DNA of 64,000 nucleotides, from positions 177,653 to 241,652 of the forward strand of contig NMRA01000460.1 of the NCBI GenBank assembly GCA_002633005.1. Reading direction: 5' to 3'. Within the stretch, counting starts at the first letter, position 1, and each line of letters begins with the position of its first letter. The translations under genes were made by a program, and so were the position numbers. Positions 1-13,000 of the stretch are shown here, piece after piece. The stretch is from Phoronis australis. Lineage: Eukaryota; Animalia; Phoronida. The notes below the pieces were generated by a model. The model was not told the origin of the DNA and ran no database searches. It saw only the letters and a list, made by a program, of their open reading frames with translations.

Positions 1-720
1 GATGGTCCTTGATGTATCTTAATAAAATTTGGCAAATGTTGATTTTCAGACTTATCCAACAAAAATAGAGCCCCCTGGTGGCGCTTTTTTGTTTCTACCT
101 CAAGTTCCTTGATGGACCTTCATGTTAGGTATTCATGTTAAGGAGAGCAAAGCTGATGTTGATTTTTGGACAAATATGACTACTGTAGCATCCTCTAGTG
201 GCAACTTAGGTTTTCATTCCTTGTATCTTAATTTCTTCCAGTTTCTTGACAGATCTTCATGAAGTTTGACATGTAAACTTCCATGATAGAAGTACCAATA
301 CCTGTGAATTTCAGACAGCTTTGTTGGTTTTTGCGCCTCCTAGCTGTCATTGTTTATTATTTTTGTCATGTGTCTCTTTCTTGATGTCCGAATCATCATA
401 AATGTTGGAAAATGTTTTCCTATTGAGGAGGATATGACTGACATCTGTTTTCAGACTGTCCTATTGCACTGCCTGGTGAAAATTTTAGTGTTCTTTTCAT
501 CTGTCTCATTATCTATCAAGTTTTTTGTTGAATCAAATTTGGCATATGTGTTCTGTTGAGGAAAGAATGGCTGGTGTTGATTTTTGGATGGAGCTTGGTG
601 CACCCCGGTGACAAATTGTTATTGTGTCTCCCTTCATATCTACCAAGTTCTTAGTGGATCTTCAAGAAACTTGTCAGATGTTCTTACAGAGATTATATGT
701 TGATTTTCGGATGGATTTAT
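1..720 (+). repeat. Degenerate ~140-bp tandem array of the HINE/Helentron-like family
   Basis: Recurring gaaatttggc / tgttgatttt(c/t)ggac / cc(c/t)ctagtggc units, same monomer as 12753-14069. Confidence 0.75.
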
Positions 721-914
721 AAGTACCATGGAAATATTTTAAGAATGAATTTCTCTTATTTCTTCACGATTTCTGATGCACAGGGTTTTTTTGGGGGAGC
801 TAAGTCACTTTGGGGAAATGGGTCCTAGTGTACTCTTTCAGAAGACCCCTTACACGTGTGATTTAAACCATGTTCATTCTCAGGTACATTGATTAGCTTT
901 TTCTACTGCTGCAG

Positions 915-1068
915 GCATCAGTTGATAAGTCGGCCATAAGTTGTTACCAAGAACTGTCTCAGAGGCTTGCTATTGCCTTATGTCATGAGGAACAACGGTG
1001 CAGCTATCTTAGCCAACAAACTCGGCTGATGCTTCAACTGATTGAGGAGAACGCAGCCCTTCCAGAGG
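915..1068 (+). CDS. NPRL3: NPRL3 exon ([32 protein letters not shown]...)
   Basis: cag|gca ... gagg|gtaag, 154 nt, phase 0 to 1. Confidence 0.93.
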
Positions 1069-4000
1069 GTAAGCACAGTCTTATGAGTTTTTGATATACT
1101 GTATTTGCCCTAATAAGCGCCTATGCCTCTATAAGCGTCCCCACGAGTTTTCAGACTTTGCTAAAATAAGCGCCCAGTCCATGAACGCCGTGTACATGCG
1201 AAAAATGCCTTACCTACAATCTAAAATTCTACAGTAACCTCTTCAATTTATCAATAAAATCCGACATTCCTGAAAAAATCATTGTGCTCGGAATTTGTAG
1301 ACCACGAGCCTCGCCGCTATGTCGCTTTTTAGCTTTGACTATACACTTCAAACTTCCCTGTGCTACAAAAAGAATGCAAGTTTTGCTGATCTTGCGAGGG
1401 ACGTGTCCTTTTATGGTGTGGTCTTTCAGAACGGAAGCAGCATACTTCTCAAAGGGATTGTATGGTATCTTTCCAGTACAGATCTTCTCCCTCAGCGGGA
1501 ATCCTAATTTCTTTGTACACGTGAAAGTCGCTAATCGAAGACAAATAAAAACTTACTTTAGCTGAAATGTAGTGCATCATTTTTGATTTGATACAAAAAT
1601 TGTCTGCTTCATGCAAAATTTAAGTCTACTAACACATTGTTCAACTTGTCAAATTAGTTGTTATTTTTGTATGTAGACAGCATCGAGAATCCTTTCAAGT
1701 CTATGTTGCACAAGTATGCTTTGGCTCAAGACCTCAAGTGCACATTTGATTCGTAAGTACCCATCCAATATATGCACAGCACACACCAAAAGTATTCATA
1801 TAGCAAACTGACATGGAAATCCCCATCATGAGGACTGAGTGGAGGCCAAACTCATCATCAGATTATCTTTCCTCCTTGAACGAGAATAAAGATGACTTTA
1901 CAAAAGTGTTAGAAAGGTTGCTTAGTAATTCTCTAATTACATTTTTCCTGTTACAGAAGTCATTTTCATGCATAATTAACCATCGTGATGGTGAAACGGT
2001 ATTTTGCTTGATTGCAGTTGTCCTGTACTGTATGTATTATTAGCTTGCCAAACAGTGGTAAAATGCCGCCACTAATTTTGTGTGGCTTTGAGAAAACACT
2101 GAATTAGGGTATAAAATGGTATGTTTACACCTAGAATTCTCATTATTGATATAAGTAAACATTTCTCATTGCTAGTGAATTGTTGGTGACTGGCGTTATT
2201 GATGCAGCGATAATTTTAAGAGTGCATTCCTCGTCAGTGGTGCAAAAATGATTTCATTAATGCCCTGCGTTTGCATAATTTGTGCCAATGGGCCCATTCA
2301 AGTTGGAAGCGAAAAAGGACAAAAATAACATGGCTCATAGGTCCTCCAAATTAACCCATAGACGTGAGTGTCAATTCACCCATAGTGACGTTATTCTAAA
2401 ATGATCCTTGTTGATGGCATCCTAGATCTATTTAATCATTGAAACTTATCAACTGCAGTGAATTTTGGTGAACATTGGAGGACAATGGTCCTTGGGATAG
2501 TAGTGCACTGGCTGACAAAGTCAAAGTTTCATTATGAATTATTTCAGTATACATAAATGGTGCATTTTCATTTGTTAAGCAAAAATTGAGGTTCTTTGTA
2601 ATTTAAAGTTTGGTCAAGTCATGACTGATCTATTGAGATACTAGTTGCTTGTGTGTCAACCTAAGACAAGATCTCTTGTCAACACTGCTCTTCTTACATC
2701 AATGTCAAAGTCTTTACTACATACTTTATAATGACATAATAACAAATGTTCTCATGCCTCATTCTTAATTAACGTGGTTGTGTTGTAGATTGAGAGAAAC
2801 TGGTGTTGTACAACTCAGAGTAAACAACTGGATCAATGTTAGTTTTTGTCTTCCACACATCACTCACAACATTGGCTCTCTACAGAAAGGAGGAAAAATT
2901 GAGGTAAGCTCATGCTGTGCTATACTGTGTTGAAGCTTGCTGCCCAAAACTCATCAAATTAAACAGTTATTTACCTTAGCGTTGTTGAAAATTTTCTTAA
3001 ATGTTTAATATTAAGCAAGTATGGGGCATCGATAAATTGCTCCTGGATTCTGAATCAAGGTCCTCCCCTTGTGGTAATTTTAGGCTGTTGTGAAGTTGTC
3101 AGTTTGTCAAATCTTTGTATTTCACGAAGAAAAAGGCATTGTTCTGTATGTAATGTAAATGTGGTGCTAAGAATTGAAATGCTTTGCCTTACTTTTGTTC
3201 ATCTTTAAATCTAAATTTAGTCCTAAGTGGTGCTTGTTCTTCTTTTGTAGCCAGAGGCTGTTCAGAAGTGCTTGAAATATTTGAGGTAAAATATTTTTCA
3301 ATGACTTGAACTTTAATCAATAATTTAGTGTTCGAGGGTATTTAAATAACTATGTTTTACTTGAGTTTTCTTGTCAACTGCTACCGGTTTTGCAATTTTT
3401 ATATAATAAAGTTTACTTCTGTATCTTGGGAGCTCTTTGGCAAGTTGGTTTCTGTTTAGGAAATGACGGTGCATCTCCATATGCGGATGTCATTGATGTG
3501 TTATGCTGTCCAATTGCTCAAATGATCATTATGAAAAGTTTGTTCGTTTAAAACAAAACTGATGTTGATTTTTGGTCGGGCGTAACCACTTTGGCTTATC
3601 CCTGGGTTGAATTTTTTACCTGTGGCTCAATATCTACCGAGTGTCTTGGCAGAACTACATGAAATTTGATATACATGCTCCTGTTGAGGAGAGTATGCCT
3701 GATTACAGTTTTGAGGCAAATCCGACTACTGTGGAGGCCCTTTATTGCAATTTTAGTTTTCTTTGCATTTGCAAATAACAATAGTTCCTTGATGGATGTT
3801 CATGAAATTTGGCAAATGATTTACTATCAAAAACAAAACAGCACCGATTTAAACAGATTCAACACGTGCTATGCTTACTTGTGGCCTTATTATCATTCAT
3901 GTATTTTTGTCATTCGGCACATTATCTGCAAAACTATGAATAAAACTGTAATGAATGGTAGGAGGTTTGTTCCTGTTGAGGAGACCATAGCTGATGTTGA

Positions 4001-7000
4001 TTTTCGGACTAATCCAACTACGGCACACCCCAGTGGCATCAATGTCTACCAAGTTTTGAGATGTATCTTTATGTCATTTAGATTATGCAGTCTTAGTAAG
4101 GAGAGCGATTTTAGTTTTCTTAATGTCTGCGGGAGCACTAATTTAGTTCTTTGATTTATCTTTACGTAATTTTAATGCTCCCACATATTTATGTGGGTGC
4201 GTATTGCCGTCAGCTCTGTCTGGGCGCCTGGGCCTCCGGCGTTCACGGCTGTATCTCCTGACCCCCTTGCAGGAACTTATTGAAATTTGGCAGGTGAGTT
4301 CCTATGTGGCTGATGACAGATGGCGACGACTGACCTGAATTCCTGAAATTTGGCAAATAGGCTTGTAGACATTTTTGTTATTTTTGCATCCATTTTCTGG
4401 CGTCGGCCTCTCTATCTGTCATATCGGTCAAAGGATCATTAAAAAATTTGCAGATGTGTTGCTGATGAGAAGACCACCACTGACGTTGACTTTCGGACTG
4501 GTCTGACTACTGTGTCACTCCCTAGTGGCGTTTTTTTTGCATCTGAGGCCGAATCTCCTTAATCCTGTGAATTAGCTTTGTGAAATTTGAAAGATGTGTT
4601 CCCATGTAGTCAATGACAAATGGTAACAAATGTTGAGCTAATCCAAATACGACTGTGCCCTCTAGTAGCAAAATGTTTTTTACGTTTTCCTCTGTATCTT
4701 CAGAGTTCACGAGTGTATTTTCATGAAATTCAGCAGATAGGTTTCTATTAAGGAGATGACACGCCTTCCCATTTTCAGACAGATTTGATGGTTTCTGTAC
4801 CACCTGGTGTCCATTTAAAAGTTTTTGCATAATTATGTTTTTGGCTTCTGCCTCCTTATCTGCCAAACCACTCAAAGGACAATTATGAAAATGACAGTTA
4901 TGTTACTGATGGGAAGACCCTGTCTGATGTTGATTTTCGGATGTTTTTGAATATTCTGGCATTCTTTTGGGGCAATTTTGCTTTTTTGTATCTACAGCTA
5001 AATATCTCTTAAAGGATCTTTGCGAAATTTGGCTGATGGTCTTCTGTATAGATGGCAACATATGTTTCAGACCAATTGGAATATAGCTGTGCCCCCTATT
5101 GTTTTTTACGCTTGTCTCCATATCTTAGGAGTTCCTTGGCTTATATTCATCTTGAACTAACAAGTGGTCCGAGTTTTCATCAATTTTGGCAAATAGTTGT
5201 GTTATACAGAGAGGACGCTTCCTCCTCAATTTGGATGGGTTTGACGCATTCTGTGCCACCCAATGGCCATTTTTATGATACTAAAAACACCCACAGAAAA
5301 CACAATGTTTGCGGTGCTATCATGGGCGTATTTCAATGCTCAGTGTTGCTCTTGTTATAGATGTGTTCCTATTGAAGAGACTGCCATTGATTTTCACTTA
5401 GATCTGGCTACTGTGACACTTGCTAGTGGCAATTTTGATTTTGCATCTGCCTGAGTTTGTGATGAATTTTTATGAAGTCCAGCAAATGTGTTCCCATTAA
5501 GGACAGGATGGATGGCATTGATTTTTGAATGGCTCTGACTAATGTGGCATCTCTTTGTGAGAAATTAGTTTTCTTTGTGTCTCTGCTTCGATGTTTATCT
5601 GTGTTGGGTCTTCATAAAATTCGGCTGTTCTGTTCATGTTAAGCGTTGAACAGCACTTGTTTAATTTTGAATAGAGTAGGTGAATGCTGCACCACCTTGT
5701 GGCAATTTATATTTTATGCAGCCATTTTACAATCTATGAAACCTTGTAAAGGTTGTTTTGAAACTTAGTGTGTATGTTTGCATGGGGGATGGGACAGCAG
5801 CACTGTGGCACCTCCTCGTTGCAAGTTTTTGGCATTCAGCTCTCTGCCCAACCACTTGTGAATGAGTGATCATAGCACTTATCTTACATATTAGATGGCA
5901 ATCCTTAATTTCTGGACAAATGTCACTAGTGCTTCACCTTGTAGTGATAGTTATTTTTTGTCGTCCATCCTGGTATCTTCCAAATTGATGGATATTCGTG
6001 GAATTTAATTGTTGGACGACTTGCATTTGTGCCCCCAAGTGCCTATTTTAAGTTTACTAAGTGCTGTTCCCTCTAGTGGGAGTGTTTAAAATAATGATCA
6101 TCCCTTGTTACTGTGCTAAATGCGATGCAAACAGTGAGTGCATATCATCTATCTAGATTGCTGTTACTTTTTGTAGACCATTTCATGCTATGTTGCTTTT
6201 GGTCAATGAAGACACCATTATTCAGACTCTGCCAGTTGACGCTAGCCCCACACTGATACGTCTGCTGAAGATTGCTAGTCCAATGAAAAGTCTCCAGTGT
6301 CTGGCTGCTGATGCAGATCTCCCTTTGTCTCAGGTGTGGTAAAGTAATAAAGATGCTAACAGTTAACAGCAGATAAAAAAAATTCAAGACTGAAAGTTAC
6401 AAAGTGTTTCTTTCTGAACTTGTGATGCATTTGTCACTGAAAATAGTCGGTGTGAGCACAAATCAATCCAACAATTCTGTTTTGAAATTACTTCATTTGG
6501 TCAAAAATGAAATGACTGTTTTGCTATACCTTTTTGCCCTAATTTGCTTATTTTATCTTTTTGGGGAATTTTGCAACATTATTTAAATTATTTGAAATCC
6601 TTTAAATAATTGAACCAAAAGATCTTTACCTAGAAAGCACTGCTCAATCATAAATTAAGTTCAGCTTAGATCTCTTCTTGGCTATAAAACTTATAAACAG
6701 TAATTGTTCTATCTTTTCTAACAACATTTTGCATTTCTTATTGCTTGCTATTAGAGGGAGATAAATCCTTCAATCCTATAAATAAAAACCAACAACGTAA
6801 AGATTCATTTGGGTTTCAGGTATTTCACCTGGTGTGTCACTTGGTATACTGGGCCAAGGCAACGATAGTGTACCCATTATGCGAGAGTAACGTGTATGTG
6901 TTGTCTCCAGGGGCAACGACTTATGTGTAAGTATATGCAGAGGAACTGGAGTTATCATGAGTGAACCATTTTAAACTGCTTGTGAATTTCATCCTTCCAT

Positions 7001-10000
7001 AAATGGTCTATGCTGTGCTTTGGCCACGCAGTAATGAGAGCGGTGGACTCTCAACTGAAAGGTAGTGGATTCAATTCCTGGCTCAGCGCTTTAGTAGTTT
7101 TGTTGATCTAGTCAACCCAGCTGTGTGAACTAGTGCCATCTGTGGTCAGGAAGTAACCTGGAATGGACTGATGTCCTGTCCAGTGAGAGAGTTGAAAGAC
7201 TGTATTGCTCATGCTGCTGAAGTGGCTCAGTGAGCATGACGATTCGTCAAGGATGTATTAATACCTACTTTGTACCTGTCAGAATAACATAATTGTGCTA
7301 TTGTGACAGACGCGTTCAACTTTGAACTTGGTTTCAAGATTATTTTTCTGAGCTTTTGAATGATGTTCTCCAATATAAAACCTGTCAAAAAACAAAAACT
7401 AAACAAGCTTTGAGCAAATAGCCCGCTTTACGTACAAATAAGCATGCACCTACATTCAACAGCCCCACAATGCAACTTTTCTCTGTTACGTGACTTGAAA
7501 CTACAATTACAATTTAGGTAGGCAAGTATTAACCATCTTTTGCCATGAAACGTTCTAGCCGTGGTGTGAAACTGTAGAGATTGGATGAAATTAAATTTTA
7601 TCTTCAGCGTCTTTTCATTGCAATATCTCGTCAAAAAATTGAGAATCTGGGCAGTCACAGATCACTGAACATGAATGGCTGCAAGCAGTTGGCATTGATT
7701 GAAATAAGTGACTGTATACCAAAATTGACAGCATTTATATTATGCTTAGTGTCCATTGCCAGTACAGTCATGCTACATTCTCAGTGGTTTTGCTGTTGAG
7801 CTTCCTGGAGTTCACCATATCTTTGTTAGACTATAATTTCAAAAGATGGTGTTATTTTTCCACAGCTATTCTGTGCATTGCTCTGTGGTGTTAAGTGTGT
7901 AAACTATGAAACAAAACCTGTTATTTTTTAGCAGTTTGTGAAGCCTATTAAAGTTTTGAGAGCTTTAAACAATGAAAGAACTGCAGTCATCCACCATGGA
8001 ATATTCCTTGCATTATGTGTTTTTTGGCATAGCTTATTTGCAAATCTAACTGAACTGTTAATCCGTACTTGCAAAGTTAACTTTTGCGCACATATGTGCT
8101 ACCATACCATAAAGCACTTTGTCAACATTATTTCTCTGGGTTTCAGTGCTTATTTTGTACTTCTGTTATTAGATGGATTATCTTTCCTGGTTTTCAGGAA
8201 CTCTCCCTTGGTGGCAGACTTTGTTGAGGAATTTCCCGACTTGTCCCTTCCTGCTATCATGTCTGAGTTTTCTCTACCAACACCATTGGGTGAACACACT
8301 GATGTATTAGGCCTCCCTCAGGAGCAGGTGAGGATATCCATTCTGTGTGCACTGGGTGAAGTTTCATGAGCTACCGTATTGTGAATGACTGTGGTAAAAT
8401 CTCACAACTGCAGACTTAAAATTATTGCCAAAAGTGACTTTTTTGTTTTTTTTAAGGACTTCAAATACTATAGTGAATGCTGGCAAGTTTTCAAAATGTT
8501 GTTGGATGGTTGATACATGTATGGTACAGACCGTGAACATAATAAAGCGTCCATTTGATATTAGATCTTTCACGGAGATAATAAAATTTTACCTGTCTGC
8601 CATATTGTGTCTTAAATCCATTAGATTTTACCATTATGATAGTTTTTACAGTGATGTATTGGGAATTGCACATGAGCAGTTGAGAAAAGCTATTTCTGTA
8701 TACACTGGTGAAGTTTAATGAGCTGAACACATTGTACCAAATTTTATTTTTGTTTGGTTTAAGTTTTCATTGACTCCATAATCATGCATTCACAGTCACA
8801 TAGTAACAGGCCCTGGTGAGAATATCTATGTATTCTGTAATTTCTTAAAGGAGTTTCGAAAATAATCAGTTTTCAGTTCCAGTACTGTTGATGGAACACA
8901 CACGAGTGTTTTTTTGTTTAGCAAAGCCACTGAAATTGCTTTTGCATTAAATCAAGGTTCTCATTCGTTTCCTTGCACACATTCACTAGTAAAACCGAGC
9001 TCAGAGGAGTAGGAGACACTTTTGTGCAATGCTCAATTGCCAACCAGTGAAGCCAGGATTCGAATACGGGTCTCCCAAACGGGAGTCTGGAGCTCAAACC
9101 TCTGAGTCACACTGTCTCCTCAGCAGTTTGATTGAATTCACCACCATTGGGACTACGTGGTTCTGAACACATTAATGTACATTCTTGGAAACTGTTTGTT
9201 ATTCCCTTCATTTAGGTTCTAATCCATTTTCATTGTCAGGCCCAGAAAGTGCAAATAGTTGTGTGGATGTTGCGTCACCGTCTGCTATTGCAACAACACA
9301 CCTATGTCTACTTGATGCCAACTAACGAGGGGTTGACCAGTAGGACATCACTTAGCACTGCTGAGTCTATGAAGTCAGATGAGTTCACTTTGGCTGTTCA
9401 GACAGGATTTGACCGATTGTCGGGTAAGGGAACTTAAGAAAAACTAGATTGTAAGTTTGCCTTGATAGACTATCCGTCCACCTAGCCAGTACAGCTATTT
9501 GGGAACTGTACAAATTACTGAGAACTTAAAAATTCCGAAATTACGATCAAGGTATCTCACTGATTCACTAAAAGTAGTTCCACTAAGAGCTCCGGTATAA
9601 TTCTCATGTTTATTAATTCCGTGTACAACATGTTTGGATAATAGCCTGTTCAAATCAGTGATAATAGCTTTCCACTATATTGCCTTGAAGCCCCGAAGAT
9701 TACATCTTGGCCGTTTTACATTATGTTGTGGGTTAGTGCCCGTTCGTGCAAGCACTCTCTCCCAAGTGTTAAAAAAATTGTATGAAGCATACCTTGCTTG
9801 ACAAAGTACCCTTTTCAGAATGCCTGTGTGTGTGTGTATNTGTCTGTGTGTGCGTGCATGTGCGTATGGTGTGAATTTATATCAATTCGCCTAAGTCTCA
9901 GAAATTATGGATTTTTTGTAAGAATTGTTTTACTCAAGTGCCTCTCATATAGGCCCATGCACCTAAGCTTCACCTTAAGTTTAGAGATATGCAGCATTCC

Positions 10001-13000
10001 CTTGCAAATATGCATGTCTGGATGTTATTTTTGAGCCTTTGTCCGCTCTTAGCATTTAATGTTGAATTGAATACGCCAGCCAATGTCTGCCTCATTTTGA
10101 AATGGGTATGTCATGATTCACTCAAGTTATGTTTGAGAAACATTTTCCTTATTTAGGTTACTTCCCAGCCACATATGGCTGGTACTCATTGTATACAGCT
10201 GAGTCAACTGGAACCACTCAGTCTAATTTCATTGCTCAATGGCACAACTACATGACTGTAGCAGACAGGGATTGAACCCTTAGCATTTTGGTTGGGTTCC
10301 CACCATACTTACTGCTGTGCCACAGTGGCGCCCACCATGTCTAGCTTACTAACCCAATTTTGTAACGGTAAATAATGGTTTTGACAGAAAGCACAGAAGT
10401 TTAATGCCACTTTAACCTGCATATATTTTAGTGTCCAGTGATGATGGCTATTCCTTGTCAAGTGGCTTTTCCGCCATTTCCAAGTCTCCATCTACAGCAG
10501 AAGTCCGCAGCGATGCAGTAGTCAGTGAGGAAGTGCGCATCCAGCACCGTCTTCAGGACAATCTGCTCACGTACTTGCATGACGAGGAGAAAAGAGCTAT
10601 CATGGCAGTGCCTGCAGCAAACAATATGGACGATTTAAAGTTATTTACTAGGTACTCCCTTGATTTGTTTTCATTTTCACTAGATATTGTATTTGCCTCG
10701 GTGTAAGTCCCGGGGGTATGAGCCCACCCCCAATTTTTGTACATTTTGGTGTATAAGGCTTCCTGCTCGGCTACAGTAGGCCTACACGCTAAACGACAAA
10801 ATACTGTTTCCCGCGTCTTGACGGTCAATTCCACCACCAGGTTCTTTTCTGCTTAACTCCGACTGAAAATGACTGGTCATGACCCCTCATGATCACAACT
10901 GCAATTTCTTAACACCATCTTCTAATGCCCCCACATGTAGAGTAACCAGTGCTCTAAACGACAGGATGTGAGCAACTTTACTCCCGTCATTCGTAACTTC
11001 GAAGGACTGCTACCGAACTATAGTCATTCATTGTCCAAATAATAGGGTCTTTGATGTCACATTGATAGCTGTAAAAGTTTTACTAGCTCTAACTTTCGAT
11101 CACTCAACATTTTTTCTACAGCTTTTAGTAGACTTTGTTAAACTGCGGCATAAGACAGACGCCTTCGTGCAACTCGATCGCCGAAAAACCATAATTACGA
11201 AAAAAAAAAACGTTAACCAATTAGCAAAGTACATACAGAAAACCAATATTTGTCCTATGAGAGGAAGATTGTCCTTCTGAATATTTTAATGGAGTTGTGT
11301 GTTTTGAAAGCATAACCACTCTAATCATGAAACATGACATTTGATCCCATGGGTTGTGCATTTCTAATACAAATAACAATACTGTTAGGAGCTGTCACAC
11401 CAGAAAAGAAACAAAATATCGAATATTCATGGAATTCTTCATATCCTCAAAACTACCGACGAATGACGTCACGGGAGGATCATTGCCGGAAAGAGGTGAC
11501 ACTGAATAAAAATTCAAAGCAACCGACCGAATGAACCTCGGCTTATTTTATCCGAACACCAAAAATTTCCCTTACACCGCCAATCTTATATTGTTCTTAA
11601 CTTTGTAGAATTTTCGACACCTTGCCCTTGGATATGATGATACAGCTATGTACAAAACTACCCCGGCAATCCCGCTGTATTTTCACGCATAACTGAGACC
11701 AGTACATGTACCAGTTTTAATCTAAAACAACTTCCGATAGAATGAGAAACTAACGCGTTGTAGTTTGCCAACGGGTGGCATTGGTCATAAAGAATTGTTT
11801 GTTTACGATCTATTTAACCCAAACTATAGGAATAGTGAATAGCCTTTGCTTTTTATTAGCTTTACCATCACGACAGACCGGCTACCATGATGGTCAGTAT
11901 TCCGCTTACACTCAACCAACCGTCAACGTAGAATTTCTCTTCATTTTCTGCTGTCTTGTACTCTGTAAACGTATCCACCTTGCCAATTGTCAATTGAAAC
12001 AAAGCCGTTCTCTAGCAACCTTAGAAAACAGATACTGATAGCAAGGATTTGTTACAAACACGTATTGTTCCTCTGTCATAGCGTCACCTATGGAGGAGAA
12101 TAGTCCCTTGAAAAGATGGTAACCGATACGCAGAAATCCGTGTGTGGGCAGTGCGAATATCTTGGATGATTGTAATAATCACGTGGTCAAGGAATGAGCT
12201 TAGAAAATATAATGAATCATTTACAATGCTGCTGACATTTTCAAATGCATTGTTCTACTGTTGTTGTATCGTAAATATCCGATGACGTTACAGAGGGCTT
12301 GGTGACATGCAAAACTACATGCCGGAAAACTACCATTGTCACTTGCGTGCACCAGAATTGTAAGCACTTGTCCAATGCAACTTGATTTTGGTGCGAATGT
12401 GGCAAAGCAACCAGATCGTAGATAGATAAAATGTTGAAAGCAAGCCTCAAAATGCACATTGATTAGGATGTCTTTGCGGAAGACTCGAGGCACAAGCCAT
12501 TGGGTCAACCTGAAGTCAAATCTCATTTTCTTACACCCTCACACCCAGGGGGGGGGCTATGGGGGCTCCAACAAGGCCCCATATGGTGAAGTGGGCAAAT
12601 AGGTACATCTCAGAGAAACAACTCCGAAAAAGTAGAAAACGAGACAAAAGTCCACTAAAACGGCAGAAACTACCAAATTTTGACGAATTCACAATTCATA
12701 GCTCTGAACGTACCCCGTGAATGTCCACATTTGCAAATGTTCGAGCCCCCTATTTTTATGCGCACACATATTTATATGTGGAGGCATTATTCCGTCATCT
12801 CCCTCCGTCCGTCCGTCCGGGCGGCGTCCGTCCGGCAACGGTCCGGCGTGCGGCGTCCACTGCTCTATCTCCAAAACCCTTTGACATACGTTCATGAAAT
12901 TTGGCATATATGTTTCATTCATGAATGGGATGGCATGAGCAAACTTTCGGACGGATCTGACTACCGGTGTGCCCCCTAGTGGCAATTTTAGGTTTTTACG

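Noticed and set aside
7020-7090. tRNA gene
   Set aside because: Degenerate boxes, no cloverleaf, and it runs into a SINE body; the same applies near 9060-9120 and 10265-10335.
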